From Tolypothrix carrinoi HA7290-LM1 (GTDB taxonomy: Bacteria; Cyanobacteriota; Cyanobacteriia; Cyanobacteriales; Nostocaceae), in contig JAHHIK010000016.1 in assembly GCA_019358935.1 (NCBI GenBank), forward strand, positions 1 through 64,000: 64,000 bases of DNA, written 5' to 3'. A program made the position numbers and the translations under genes. Shown piece by piece: positions 8,134-19,331 of the stretch. Every line of letters begins with the position of its first letter. The first letter of the stretch is position 1. The notes below the pieces were generated by a model. The model saw nothing but the letters and a program-made list of their open reading frames with translations, made no database searches and was not told the origin of the DNA.

Positions 8134-11100
8134 TTAAATTCTAACTTCAGCAACAGGCTTTACATCAATCGGCAACGAAAACTGAGGATAAATTTTATTA
8201 ATTTTTAACATAATTTGTATCGCCTTTGCTTTATCTCCAATTGCCATAGTTACCGATTGTCTCGTCATAATCTCAGCAACAACTTTAGCGGCTTCTTCGC
8301 TTTTTTGTGCTTCAGCATCCAGAAAAGCAAAAATTCGCTTTTTCGCAACACGTCCGCAATTGACGCGGCATAATACACTTATAAAATAAGGCATCAACTC
8401 CCGCAAACGTTCTGGATTATCTACAGCATACTCTTGCAAATAGTTAGTTGCAAATAACTGCATATCTGCTGATGGATGTTCGCTGAATTTCAAGAGATAT
8501 TCTTGTCCATCTGCTTGTTGAAAATTGCGAGTTAATAAATCACGTCCAAGTTTACGCGCATCTTCACGCACACTATCACAAATGCTTACCAAAATTTTCG
8601 GGGTGAATTCTTCTGAACCAAATTCTGTAGTAAATATCCTCAAAGCAAATTCTCGCGAATCTTGCCATTTTGACTCTAGCATCCGCACCGCTGATAACAT
8701 TTCTTCGGAATCTAAACGCAAGCGATTTAATATTTGTAAAAACATCTGCCGTGCAGCTTCTCGCACTGATAAAATTTCGTGATTGGCAAGTTTGACAATT
8801 TCGCTAGCGGCAAATTCTGTTATCCAAGCGTTGCTATTTGCACCCAGCACTACACCACCTAATTCTTGTGCAGGTGAAGACTTTGCTGCAAGTAAATTTA
8901 AAGCGATTTCTTTAGTAACGCTTGTCATCCATCCCTGCAAATCTTCCCGCAACAAACGTACTAAATAACTGTGAACACCTTCATGTTTTTCGGGAGTTAG
9001 CAGCACTTCGGTAAAATCAAATGCTAAATCGATGCTGAAAGCTGGATAAGCGGCTCCTAAACGGTGGATAATAGGTTTAATCGCATTGCGAATTTCTGCA
9101 TTTGCATTCACTGCCATTGCGACAATTAAAATGCTTTCCTCACCTATGAGTTTCTCATCAGGTAATTGTCCAAAAAGCCTAATACCGAAAACTTGCAATA
9201 ATTCGTAAGGTGATGCCAATAATGATTCAATTATGTGGGATGGCAAGTTTTCGGCACTAATTTCGTGATTTAATAAAATCTGATCGGCTAATTCTTGAGT
9301 TTCCACTAGCGGATGTGTCAACAAATCATTGATGACACTTAAACCTAAGTTACGCAATTGAGGTGCAAAACTGAAGAGTAAAGTTTCACCAATTTCTTTT
9401 GCCATCTCCCCTTGGTTTGAGGATAATGTTAATAATTCGGCAATGATGCGTCCAATTAATACTTTTGCTGTGGTATCTGTGAGAATAGTAGAACTTAAAA
9501 GTCTCCGGGCAAAGGTGCGAGTGTCAGTCTGTTGACTGGTGACTAAAGCAGCGATCGCATTACTATCTTGCAAAAAGTATTCGCGTTTTTCATCTATCCA
9601 GTGGTAAGCTTGAATACGAGCGCGTTCATACACGCAATTGGCTAAGGCAAGAACTAATTCAATGTTGGGTGAGGTGGAATTGTAGTTAAGCAGCGCTAGT
9701 TCAAATGCAAATTGCGCTGTAACTTCATAAGGTTGATTAACAAGTTTGATGATTGTAGGTATATTTACATAAGCACAGAACTCAGGATTCGCTCGTAAGA
9801 CTTTGACTGCAAAATGATGAACGCGATCGCACTCACTCTGCAATAATAAATCTAAAAGCGCATCTGGGTTTTGCTCCCAAAGTTGCCCAAAGGCTTCTTC
9901 TCTAACTGCCGGTTCTGCATCTCCCGGTTTATAACCTTCCCGACACTGCCACGCTTGAGAATTGCGTTTCAACTCATAGCGGGGACTGTTTTCGTAAAGT
10001 ATATGGTTAAATGTCAAATATCCAGCAAAATCATCCCAATTGCGTCGAAACTCAGTGCGTCTCCTAATAGACGGGTTCCAGCGATAGAAAACTGACTCTC
10101 TTACTTCTTCAGCATCTTCATCAGAATATTGAAGAAGAACACCTACAGCCATTTTAACATAGTCAGGGTCACTTTCTTCGCCTAATTGTTTGAGAGTACG
10201 CCACACCCGACGTAGCAAATATTCACGAGTATTGCTGCTGTAAGCGATTCTTGACTGAGGATGTTTTAGTTCGGCTTCAACTTCACTACCTTTAGATTCA
10301 TAACGCCCTGTTTGGCGATTATAATTACCCCATAAAGTCTTTCTTAAATGTCCCCCGCTTGGCAGACTAACATAATAAGATTTGCTAAAGAAACCCGCTT
10401 TCTCTATCTCTAACCTATAAGCAAGAATACCAAACACTTCAGCATCGTGGCGATATTCCGCCATTTTGAAAATATGGCGAAGTTGTTTAAAATAGTTTGG
10501 TTTGAAAGGTGCGGTGCATAAAATATCAAGTAGTGCAGGACGAACGTATTGATTATCAATTTGATAAATCGTGTCTAAGACGGCAAAATGCTTGTAGTTA
10601 CCGTGTTCTAGATAGTTAGATAAAGCTGTTGCAAACTCCTCTGACGAACCATTTCGCGTTAAATTTTGTAACTCAGGTGGTAAAAATTCAATTAATTCAG
10701 CTTGCAAAGAAGCTGTCTTTTCGGCATCAGATAGTTTTAAGAGTGCTTCAAAAGCGATGCGGCGAACAAATTCGGGATTTGAGAGATTATTATAAAGGTG
10801 AGTGACGGGAGCGATCGCACTATCATCCCCACACCAACCCAAAGCCCAAGCAATGCAATAATCTCTTAGTGGTTCACCAGTACCAATAAGTTTGATTAGT
10901 AAAGGTGTCGCTTCACTAATTTTAAGTTCTCCGGCTCGCCAAATTGCCCTTTCTAACTTTGATTTACTCGGTTTGTCGTCAGCAAGGCGATTGAGAATTG
11001 CTTGTTTGCGTGGATCGTCGCTAGACTCAACTGGCGATGGTGTCGATTCTAAATTAACTGGTTGAGCGTTAACATCACGATATCCCTTTTTGGTCTTTTC

Positions 11101-11316
11101 GCCAACCAGCTTGTCGAAGACTTGTTGCGCTTCTGTTAAAGGTACGGAAGAAGTAGTTTTGGTACCTTCTTTTAGATTAGTGCCCCGCCGTCCGTAACGG
11201 AAGTTAACTACATAACGATCTTCACCAGTCTGACAAAGATCCACTTCGTAGATTTTATCAGAAGTTCCTTCTTGATAGTGCAGTGTAGTCTGTTTAATTA
11301 ATTTCATCGCACCCAT
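8134..11316 (-). CDS. WGR-domain protein with long ARM/HEAT-like helical region (retron-associated)
   Basis: N-terminal SDKIYEV..VNFRYGRRG..EKTKKGY WGR signature, then about 950 aa of helical repeats. Confidence 0.88.
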   Translation of the reverse strand: MGAMKLIKQTTLHYQEGTSDKIYEVDLCQTGEDRYVVNFRYGRRGTNLKEGTKTTSSVPLTEAQQVFDKLVGEKTKKGYRDVNAQPVNLESTPSPVESSDDPRKQAILNRLADDKPSKSKLERAIWRAGELKISEATPLLIKLIGTGEPLRDYCIAWALGWCGDDSAIAPVTHLYNNLSNPEFVRRIAFEALLKLSDAEKTASLQAELIEFLPPELQNLTRNGSSEEFATALSNYLEHGNYKHFAVLDTIYQIDNQYVRPALLDILCTAPFKPNYFKQLRHIFKMAEYRHDAEVFGILAYRLEIEKAGFFSKSYYVSLPSGGHLRKTLWGNYNRQTGRYESKGSEVEAELKHPQSRIAYSSNTREYLLRRVWRTLKQLGEESDPDYVKMAVGVLLQYSDEDAEEVRESVFYRWNPSIRRRTEFRRNWDDFAGYLTFNHILYENSPRYELKRNSQAWQCREGYKPGDAEPAVREEAFGQLWEQNPDALLDLLLQSECDRVHHFAVKVLRANPEFCAYVNIPTIIKLVNQPYEVTAQFAFELALLNYNSTSPNIELVLALANCVYERARIQAYHWIDEKREYFLQDSNAIAALVTSQQTDTRTFARRLLSSTILTDTTAKVLIGRIIAELLTLSSNQGEMAKEIGETLLFSFAPQLRNLGLSVINDLLTHPLVETQELADQILLNHEISAENLPSHIIESLLASPYELLQVFGIRLFGQLPDEKLIGEESILIVAMAVNANAEIRNAIKPIIHRLGAAYPAFSIDLAFDFTEVLLTPEKHEGVHSYLVRLLREDLQGWMTSVTKEIALNLLAAKSSPAQELGGVVLGANSNAWITEFAASEIVKLANHEILSVREAARQMFLQILNRLRLDSEEMLSAVRMLESKWQDSREFALRIFTTEFGSEEFTPKILVSICDSVREDARKLGRDLLTRNFQQADGQEYLLKFSEHPSADMQLFATNYLQEYAVDNPERLRELMPYFISVLCRVNCGRVAKKRIFAFLDAEAQKSEEAAKVVAEIMTRQSVTMAIGDKAKAIQIMLKINKIYPQFSLPIDVKPVAEVRI

Positions 11317-11641
11317 CTTGCTACTGTGCCGATGACAATCTATTGTGGCTCGATTTTGCCAGAGTTGCCAGATGTGGGGTAGTTAGAAATTGTGTTTTTA
11401 TACAACACCTTCCCAAAAGGCTACATCTTATAAGGATACAAAAGAGCGAATCAGGGGTCTTGCCCCTTATATAACGATTTTCGTCATTCCACACGATTGT
11501 AGAGACGTGACGGTGGAACGTCTCTACGAGGGTTTTTTGGTATAATCAGGGGTCAGACCTAGCATTCGCCAACGGTATCCTTCTAGGGTGTTGGATTTTG
11601 GCAAAGATTATTGTTCTCAAAACCCAATTTCTTGAAGTCAA

Positions 11642-12253
11642 TTATTTCATCAATTGGAAAGTTGAAATAATCCGTTGAAAGTCTTGTCTAATTTTGTCTG
11701 ACTTGTTTCCGTAACCGACATTTAGTATTATAATATACTGCCCTTTTTTACTGGGTAAGACTATATTATCACCACAGATCAGCCCACACCAGGAATAAGA
11801 TATAGCACTTTGACCGACAAAATTTAAAGTTTGATAATTACCTTGACGGAAACGTTTAAAATTTGACTGGGGAGTATTTTGAGTTACCCATTGCAGCGCT
11901 GAAAGTTTATTAGGATTACTGAATGCAGAAATGCTGATACTGCTAGATGGTGCTTCAGTCGTAAATAATTTTCCAGCCTGAATTGCTTGATAGTCAGAAT
12001 TTTTCCACAGTGTTAGATATCCTTGGTCAGGATATTTATTTTCAAAGGTTTTATCTAAAGTGTAGCTATTAGGATATGTGATTTTGAAACCAAATTTCTG
12101 ACTTTGGTAAGTTACCTGACTACTTGCTGCAAAAATTTGGGTACTACCAATTTTTGGTATGACAAAGATGCTAGTTGGTATCATGCAAAAAAGTGCTAAA
12201 AATAACACCTTTTTGAATGTTAAACCAGTTAATTTACTGGTAAATTGAGACAT
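11642..12253 (-). CDS. Secreted hypothetical protein
   Basis: Signal-peptide-like N-terminus and FGFKITYP motif. Confidence 0.7.
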   Translation of the reverse strand: MSQFTSKLTGLTFKKVLFLALFCMIPTSIFVIPKIGSTQIFAASSQVTYQSQKFGFKITYPNSYTLDKTFENKYPDQGYLTLWKNSDYQAIQAGKLFTTEAPSSSISISAFSNPNKLSALQWVTQNTPQSNFKRFRQGNYQTLNFVGQSAISYSWCGLICGDNIVLPSKKGQYIIILNVGYGNKSDKIRQDFQRIISTFQLMK

Positions 12254-12320
12254 TTTCCTAAATTCAAAATTAAAACGCTATCCGTCAAATGACAGGCAAA
12301 ATGCCTGTCTGAGAATAATG

Positions 12321-13094
12321 TTAATATTTGTAACTTAAAAGTTGAATTGCGCCATTTTCTGGTAAGCTTCCAGAGCTAATAGCAAGAGTGTCACTATTGC
12401 TACGACGTACATTCACGCCCTGCATCAAAGTTAAAAAATCATCAAGTGGGGAAATATCGCAAGTAGCGGTATCTGCGGCTTGTGTACGATATTGGGTAGG
12501 AATTATCAGCTTGGGATTTAACACTTGAACTGCTTGCTTGGCTTCTTGGGCATTGTAAGCTTTGACACCACCTCCCACGGGGATGAATGCTACATCAGGA
12601 CGCCCCATGAGGATTTTTTGCTCAATTGAAATCGGTGCGGCGGCTCCTCCTAAGTGTAAGATATTAATTCCGCCTTGCTTCCAACTCCAAGCGGTGTTAA
12701 TGCCAAACTGCTTACCGCCTTTGCGATCGTGGTCTATGGCTATTCCCTGGAATTTTATGCCTTGAAATTCGTAAACTCCCGGTTCGTAGATTAGCTTTGG
12801 ATTTCCCGATAATCCTTCCACCGCACCTTCATCCAGCAGTTGACTGCTAATCAGTACTAAATCTGCGGTGACGACTTGGGGAGGACGATATTTAGCAGTA
12901 CAGCCGATCGCCCGAAACGGATTTACGAGAATTTTTGTACCACCACCAGTAAACAGAAAGCAAGAATGACCCAACCACTGAACTGATAATGAACCGCTAG
13001 ATTGTGCGTTAGCTTGAAGGTGTGAACTAAAGTCAGTAACCAAGGCTGTTAGTAACCCCGTCCCAGCATACCCCATCAACTGTCGTCGTTTCAT
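12321..13094 (-). CDS. MBL-fold metallo-hydrolase with Tat-like signal
   Basis: MKRRQLM start and WLGHSCFL motif. Confidence 0.88.
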   Translation of the reverse strand: MKRRQLMGYAGTGLLTALVTDFSSHLQANAQSSGSLSVQWLGHSCFLFTGGGTKILVNPFRAIGCTAKYRPPQVVTADLVLISSQLLDEGAVEGLSGNPKLIYEPGVYEFQGIKFQGIAIDHDRKGGKQFGINTAWSWKQGGINILHLGGAAAPISIEQKILMGRPDVAFIPVGGGVKAYNAQEAKQAVQVLNPKLIIPTQYRTQAADTATCDISPLDDFLTLMQGVNVRRSNSDTLAISSGSLPENGAIQLLSYKY

Positions 13095-13096
13095 TA

Positions 13097-13693
13097 CTAT
13101 CTCGACTGTAATTGTTCCAGAAAGTTTCGCAATAACTGCTTACCTGAAGATGTCAGGACACTCTCTGGGTGAAACTGGACGCCTTCAATGTGAGGATAGT
13201 TCCGGTGTCGCACTCCCATAATAGTTCCGTCTTCTACCCAAGCAGTGATTTCTAACACGTCCGGGCAAGTTTCGCGGTCGATCGCTAAACTATGATATCT
13301 GGTTGCGGTCATAGGATTCTCTAAACTCCGAAAAACTCCTACTCCTGCGTGAGATACAAGAGAAGTTTTGCCATGCATCAATTCAGGGGCAGAAACGATT
13401 TTACCACCGAATACTTGACCAATGCTTTGATGTCCTAAACATACGCCCAAAATAGGCAAGTTAGATCCGAGATTTTCAATCAAATCTAGACAAATTCCCG
13501 CATCTTCTGGTCGTCCTGGTCCTGGGGAAATCACGACTGCATCAGGCTTTAGTGACCGAATTTCCGAAACAGATATCTTATCGTTACGAAAAACTTTTAT
13601 ATCCTCTGCTACTGGAAACTCTGCTGCTAGTTCTCCCAAATACTGCACCAAGTTATAGGTAAAGCTGTCGTAATTATCGATGACTACAAGCAC
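13097..13693 (-). CDS. trpG: Anthranilate/aminodeoxychorismate synthase component II (glutamine amidotransferase, TrpG/PabA)
   Basis: [23 protein letters not shown] and QFHPES motifs. Confidence 0.93.
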   Translation of the reverse strand: MLVVIDNYDSFTYNLVQYLGELAAEFPVAEDIKVFRNDKISVSEIRSLKPDAVVISPGPGRPEDAGICLDLIENLGSNLPILGVCLGHQSIGQVFGGKIVSAPELMHGKTSLVSHAGVGVFRSLENPMTATRYHSLAIDRETCPDVLEITAWVEDGTIMGVRHRNYPHIEGVQFHPESVLTSSGKQLLRNFLEQLQSR

Positions 13694-13883
13694 AGCGATT
13701 AACTCCTGGTTTTACAACTGAATATAATGAGCGTTTTACTCTCGCCAGATTTGAATAGCTGTGTGGTCATCTGAATATAAGACACGATTAATCATGCCTA
13801 ATTAATGTTAGATTGAATATTTTATCAAATTTGGGAGGTTCTCCGGGCAACTCAGTCACCTCCTTTAAAGGGGCGATCGCTTC

Positions 13884-14345
13884 TTAGGATTTCAATGCCG
13901 ACAAAATTAAGGTAAACAACGAAGGAAGTAAAAGTATACCAGCAACCAGCACCGCGACTAAAGCAGAAACTAGCACAGCACCAGCAGCACAGTCTTTAGC
14001 AATTTTTGCTAAATCATGATACGTTTGCTTGACTGTTAAATCTACCAGAGATTCGAGCGCTGTATTCAGCAACTCTAGCGCCAAAACTAAACCGCTAGTT
14101 AAGGCAATCACCGCTATTTCCACTGCTTGTAGATGTAAAAAAAGGCTCAAGCCGATTGCTAAAACGCAAACAGCTACATGAATGCGAAAGTTGCGTTGAC
14201 TTTGAAAAGCGTAACTGATTCCAGCCCAGGCATACTTAAAACTAACAAATAAATTAGAGGCAACGCGCCAGGAGAGTGAGCGATCGTTGGTCACAATTGT
14301 TTCTAAGTGGTTTGGCGTGGGTGATGAAGAAACTTGTTTGGACAT
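13884..14345 (-). CDS. dgkA: Diacylglycerol kinase family protein
   Basis: ELLNTALESLVD and AKDCAAGAVL motifs. Start placed at the ATG of MSKQ. Confidence 0.9.
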   Translation of the reverse strand: MSKQVSSSPTPNHLETIVTNDRSLSWRVASNLFVSFKYAWAGISYAFQSQRNFRIHVAVCVLAIGLSLFLHLQAVEIAVIALTSGLVLALELLNTALESLVDLTVKQTYHDLAKIAKDCAAGAVLVSALVAVLVAGILLLPSLFTLILSALKS

Positions 14346-14487
14346 AGGCTGAAAATATAACAGCAGATTAAATAAAGTGGCAATCTTAGCTGATTTTAAT
14401 CGCCCAATCAATTTTTCGGTAATTTTCTACACAAGTATTATATAAATAATGACAAAAAATTAACACTTACGGTCACGCAGGCAAGTG

Positions 14488-15012
14488 TTATTCTATGTCA
14501 ATGGCAATACCAATTGCCTTCAGTAATATCGCTTGCTGTTTCAGCATTCGCGTTTCTGTTTCTTCATCAGGATGATCCCAGCCTAGTAGATGCAATAAAC
14601 CGTGAGCCGCTAACCATGCTAATTCCGTTGCTAAACTATGCCCCTGCTGTTGAGCTTGACGTTTAGCGGTATCTACAGAAATAACTATATCACCTAGATA
14701 TAAAGGCATTGCTCCACTTATTTCCTGACTTTGAGGAAATACCTCTAATGTTGCAAAAGATAAAACATCTGTCGGCTTGTTTTGCTGACGATACTGGGCA
14801 TTTAAAGCCTGAATTTCTGCATCGTCTGTCAAACGTAAGCCGATTTCATAAATTGATTTTTGGGAAATATCAGGTTGTAATATTTCCAACCAGCGACGAA
14901 ACCAGTTTGACCAAGTTTCCGCTGAAATTGTCATCTCAGCCTCCCCAAGATTTACAGCTTCGGCTGGGGGAGACTCATCAAAACAATTTTCTACATATAA
15001 TTCGACTTGCAC
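14488..15012 (-). CDS. ybeY: rRNA maturation RNase YbeY
   Basis: PTDVLSF, LGDIVIS and [11 protein letters not shown] motifs. GTG start at 15012 is likely. Confidence 0.95.
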   Translation of the reverse strand: MQVELYVENCFDESPPAEAVNLGEAEMTISAETWSNWFRRWLEILQPDISQKSIYEIGLRLTDDAEIQALNAQYRQQNKPTDVLSFATLEVFPQSQEISGAMPLYLGDIVISVDTAKRQAQQQGHSLATELAWLAAHGLLHLLGWDHPDEETETRMLKQQAILLKAIGIAIDIE

Positions 15013-15054
15013 TTTTCTCCACAAAGTAGGACGGTGCGAACAGCGAGGGTATCG

Positions 15055-15210
15055 TCAGTGAGTCAGATAAGCAAGACCTACCAAGACAGCCACAATCCCG
15101 ACTCCGGTTAGCGCAAAATGTTTTAGAGAAGTGCCACCCTTACGCACCATGTTTCGCATGGCGAGTTTGACGTAGCTTGGTTTAGGTTCGGTTTTATGAG
15201 AGTTGCTCAT
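15055..15210 (-). CDS. Small membrane protein, DUF3285-like (51 aa, absent from ORF track)
   Basis: MSNSHKTEPKPSYVKLAMRNMVRKGGTSLKHFALTGVGIVAVLVGLAYLTH, located between prfB and ybeY. Confidence 0.85.
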   Translation of the reverse strand: MSNSHKTEPKPSYVKLAMRNMVRKGGTSLKHFALTGVGIVAVLVGLAYLTH

Positions 15211-15278
15211 GATGATTTGATAACAAACTCATTTATAAATGTAACAGTTTGGTGAGGCGACAGTTGCCAGTTTGGCAA

Positions 15279-15445
15279 ATTGGGAATGGGGAATGGGGCA
15301 TTGGGCATGGGGCATTGGGCATGGGGCATGGGGCATTGGGCATGGGGCATTGGGCATGGAAAGAATCCTATTAGAACGCGCATCAAAAATCAAGCGTCTT
15401 TAATTCGCATTGCCCTATGCCCATTGCCCATTGCCCAATTCCCCC
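15279..15445. repeat. STRR heptamer tract (GGGCATT/GGGCATG) with inverted partner
   Basis: Tandem heptamers at 15279-15358 and the complementary tract at 15409-15445. Confidence 0.9.
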
Positions 15446-15448
15446 TTC

Positions 15449-16565
15449 CTATTTACTTTCTACCAACTGGTTTTCTTGGCGCAAGTAAGATTGGATGAAC
15501 ATGTCAATTTCGCCGTTCATCACATCGCCGATCGCTGTCGTTTCTACATTGGTACGCAAGTCTTTTACCATTTGGTAAGGGTGAAACACATAGTTACGGA
15601 TTTGGTTTCCCCAAGAGGCTTCGACCATATCACCCCGAATTTGGGCAATTTCTTGGGCGTGTTGCTCTTTGGCGATAACTAGCAGCTTTGCTTTCAAACG
15701 GGCGAGGGCTTTCTCTTTATTTTGCAGTTGGCTGCGTTCTTCTGTACAACGGACGGCAAGACCGGTGGGAAGGTGAACAACTCGCACTGCTGTTTCCACT
15801 TTGTTGACATTTTGCCCACCTTTACCACCAGCTCTAGATGTGGTAATTTCCAAATCCTTATCTGGAATATCTAGTTGTACGGTATTATCTATTTGCGGCA
15901 TTACTTCCACCCCTGCAAAACTAGTTTGGCGTTTGCCGTTGGCATTGAAGGGTGAAATTCGCACTAAGCGATGAGTGCCTGTTTCCGATCGCAAGTACCC
16001 GTAGGCATAGCGACCTGTAATTTCTATGGTTACTGATTTGATTCCGGCTTCATCACCTTCGGAAAGTTCGCTGGAGGTGACTTTATAACCTTGCTTTTCT
16101 GCCCAACGAGTGTACATCCGCAACAGCATTTCTGTCCAGTCTTGGGCATCTGTTCCGCCAGCGCCGGCGTTAATTGTCAGGACTGCGCCTTTGTCGTCGA
16201 ATTGACCGGAAAGTAACTGTTGTAATTCCCATTGGTCAAGTTCGCGATTCAGGTTGCTGAGGGTGGTTTGTGCTTCTTGCAGTAATCCCTCATCGGTTTC
16301 TAACTCCAAAAGCTCAAAAACTGCTTTGGTATCTTCTAGGCTGGCTTGCCACTGATGATACTGCGATAAATGTACTTTCAGGTTGTCGAGTTCTTGTAAA
16401 GTTTCTTGAGCCTGGGTTTTATCTTCCCAAAATTCCGGCTGTGCCGATATTTGTTCTAAATCTTGAATTTTAGCAGTCAGTGCAGGGATGTCAAAGATAG
16501 TCCTGAGTTTTACCCAGGCGATTAGACAACGTTTCGATTTCGCGTTTGAGTTCTAAAACTTCCAT
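15449..16565 (-). CDS. prfB: Peptide chain release factor 2 with programmed +1 frameshift
   Basis: 24 codons (MEVLELK..QDYL), then CTT TGA C at 16496-16490. The +1 frame continues through the SPF and GGQ motifs, about 371 aa total. Confidence 0.97.
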
Positions 16566-16747
16566 AGGCTTGGGTGAGAATAGAGTGCTTTATATTTTAG
16601 GCGATCGCTCTATATCTATTGATTTTAGCTATAGTTGACCAAATTGAGGTCTACATAACTCACGTTTTTAAGGGCACTTGAAATCAGACTTTGGAAAGTC
16701 CTTATATTTTTACCACAGCGTTATTATTTACTTAAAAGATACTGGAG

Positions 16748-17464
16748 TTGAGTATGATATTTTGGGGAAACCACACTGGTCAACCAATGCCTTATAGAGG
16801 CTGGAATGTAGTTGTAGGTGAGAGGAATAACACAAAAGCTAAATTTACTGCCTCTATCAAAAGACTACTTAAGTGGTTGCAAGAGTATACATCGGTAGAT
16901 ACAGTCACGCTTTTGCTTCCTGTGGAAAACCAACAGCATCTTGCCGTATACGCCACTTTCGGACTAGAGGAGGAAATTAGACAACAGATCCGTATCCCCA
17001 TCGGGCAAGGAATTGCCGGTCGCATTGCCGAGAATATGCTGCCGATGATAATTGATGATGTGTCGGCGGTAGAAGTCTATAGTCCAATTCTCCGCCAGAA
17101 AGGTTTGCGATCGCTTGTCGGTATCCCAATACCTATCAATGAACAATCGGTTGGAGTTCTACACGTCGGTAAGTTTAATTCTCATCAGTTTAACGAACGC
17201 GATGTACAGCAACTGCAACTGATTGCACATCGTCTGAAGTTGATGATAGGCGATGGAGATGTGTTAAATTTCGAGTGCGCTCGGCATCACAATGTCGGAA
17301 AACTTATATCTGACATGAATATTATCCATCGGGAATTTTTGCTTAATTTATCTGCCTTGAAAAAGCAATTTATTAAATTAAAAAACGTTATGAAAAATTT
17401 ATATAATTCATCTATCCAGAGATATATTTATGTATTCAGCGTCATGCGATCGCAAGTAGATTAA
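16748..17464 (+). CDS. GAF-domain protein
   Basis: IRIPIGQGIAGRIA..SLVGIPI..VGVLHVG..FNERDVQQLQLIA. Confidence 0.8.
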   Translation: MSMIFWGNHTGQPMPYRGWNVVVGERNNTKAKFTASIKRLLKWLQEYTSVDTVTLLLPVENQQHLAVYATFGLEEEIRQQIRIPIGQGIAGRIAENMLPMIIDDVSAVEVYSPILRQKGLRSLVGIPIPINEQSVGVLHVGKFNSHQFNERDVQQLQLIAHRLKLMIGDGDVLNFECARHHNVGKLISDMNIIHREFLLNLSALKKQFIKLKNVMKNLYNSSIQRYIYVFSVMRSQVD

Positions 17465-18089
17465 GATTTTTATTATTTATTTTGCAGCCTTGGTAAATAA
17501 ATAGTTTTCTTAATTGCCATAAAGCCTTATGCAGGTAAGAGATAGCTATTTTCTGTGTACTGTTTTATAAACATACTCCAAAATAACTTCATTAATACTT
17601 TACAAAAAAGAGTGAAGTTACAGTAAAAATATTGTTATACTTGTATTCCAACTGTTAAGTAGTCAGTTATTTAATCATCTTTATTTGTAGTGAACACAAT
17701 ATTAGACGGTACAAACTGGCGACAAAAAAGCCGTTACAGCAGTAGGGGAAGTAGATACTTATTTAGCCCAATGGTGGACTTTAATGTGATGTCCGAAGTT
17801 GGAGATACTCCGCCCTAGATTGCGTGTAGCCGTCTAAAAAATGTAAACAAAAATTGAATAATTACATCCAGGTATAAAGCGAAATTGCTTGTAGCAATTA
17901 TCTTTTGAGGAAAATTCAATTGAATATCTCATCAACTCAACAACTTGATTTTGACAAGATGATGAGGAAATTTAAGACGATTACAGCGGTTACTAAAAAA
18001 GTATTATTTGACTCTTGATAGCAATTGAAACTTTTGATAGTGTAGTTGCTTCAATATTCACAGCAAATTTCTTTGGGAGTTATCAAAAA

Positions 18090-19322
18090 ATGAATACAAA
18101 ACAATCTGCTTCAAGATGGATGCGATTGAGGGAAGTTTTAGTTACGACAATCCTTGGATGGATTCCGTCAATTGCTCTGGGTGCAAAGTTAAGAAATGTA
18201 CTGTATCGTAGTATTTTTGCCCGTATTGGTAGCTCAGTTTATATTCAAAACGGCGTTGAATTTCTTGGCGCTTCTAGCATAGAAATAAGCGATGGAGTGC
18301 ATATTTTCAAGAATGTTCGTTTAGATGGAAGAGGACATGAAAATAATAAAATTTATCTTGGAGAGCGAGTAGCCCTAGAGCGTGGTGTTGAAATTGGAGC
18401 GTTAGACAACACCTATATTCACATTGATGAAAATACATATATCGCTCCTTACGTTTGTATCGCTGGTCCTGGCAACGTTAAAATTGGTAAGCACTGTATG
18501 ATTGCGTCTCACTCAGGGATATATGCTAACAATCATAATTTTGCCGACCTGACTGTGTTAATCAGAGAACAAGGTGTGACTCGCAAAGGAATTATTATAG
18601 AGGATAACTGTTGGGTTGGGCATGGAGTGACAGTATTAGATGGAGTCACCATCGGTCAAGGTAGTGTGATTGGTGCAGGATCGGTTGTTAGCAAAGATAT
18701 CCCTCCGTTTGCGGTTGCAGTGGGTGTGCCGGCAAAAGTGATCCGCGATCGCCAAGATAAAGAACTAGATAATAATAACAGTCGCCTCGACATTAAGCTA
18801 AGTGCAGCTCTAGCTCAAATTGAGAAGACTGCTGAACTAAGTTATCCCCAGACAGTAGATGATACTGTATTTCCTCATTTTGTTTTAGAAAATCTGTTTT
18901 CCGTGCTGCTTGACTGCATCCGTCAAGTAATGAATGTGGATACAATTACGATTTTATTGCCAACAAAGAGCGGGCAGCAATTAGCTGTATGCGCTACCAT
19001 CGGTCTTGAAGAAGAAATTGTAGAAGCTGTGCGAATTCCGATAGGGCAAGGCTTTGCAGGTCGTATAGCCGCAAGTGGCAAGCAAATGATTGTAGACGAT
19101 TTGTCAAAAGTAGAAGTTGTGAGTCCGATTTTGCGAAATAGGGGAATTCAATCAATGATAGGTGTCCCTTTGCTGCTTAAAGACAAAACGATCGGTGTTT
19201 TCCATGTTGGCACGTTTCGTCACTGTGAATTCACCAAAGATGATGTGCAGCGACTGCAACTTGTAGGCGATCGCATTGGGTCGGCGATTGAACCGTTTGT
19301 TACAGATATACTGGAAACTTAA
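18090..19322 (+). CDS. Hexapeptide-repeat (LbH) acyltransferase fused to a C-terminal GAF domain
   Basis: IIIEDNCWVG..GVTIGQGSVIGAGSVV..GVPAKVI followed by a GAF domain. ATG at 18090 is the likely start. Confidence 0.85.
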   Translation: MNTKQSASRWMRLREVLVTTILGWIPSIALGAKLRNVLYRSIFARIGSSVYIQNGVEFLGASSIEISDGVHIFKNVRLDGRGHENNKIYLGERVALERGVEIGALDNTYIHIDENTYIAPYVCIAGPGNVKIGKHCMIASHSGIYANNHNFADLTVLIREQGVTRKGIIIEDNCWVGHGVTVLDGVTIGQGSVIGAGSVVSKDIPPFAVAVGVPAKVIRDRQDKELDNNNSRLDIKLSAALAQIEKTAELSYPQTVDDTVFPHFVLENLFSVLLDCIRQVMNVDTITILLPTKSGQQLAVCATIGLEEEIVEAVRIPIGQGFAGRIAASGKQMIVDDLSKVEVVSPILRNRGIQSMIGVPLLLKDKTIGVFHVGTFRHCEFTKDDVQRLQLVGDRIGSAIEPFVTDILET

Positions 19323-19331
19323 ACTGTCAAA

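Noticed and set aside
15279..15445. Repeat tracts here and at 23356, 25118, 26390, 54826 and 63855 as CRISPR arrays
   Set aside because: They are contiguous 7-mers with no unique spacers and no cas genes, typical of Nostocales STRR.
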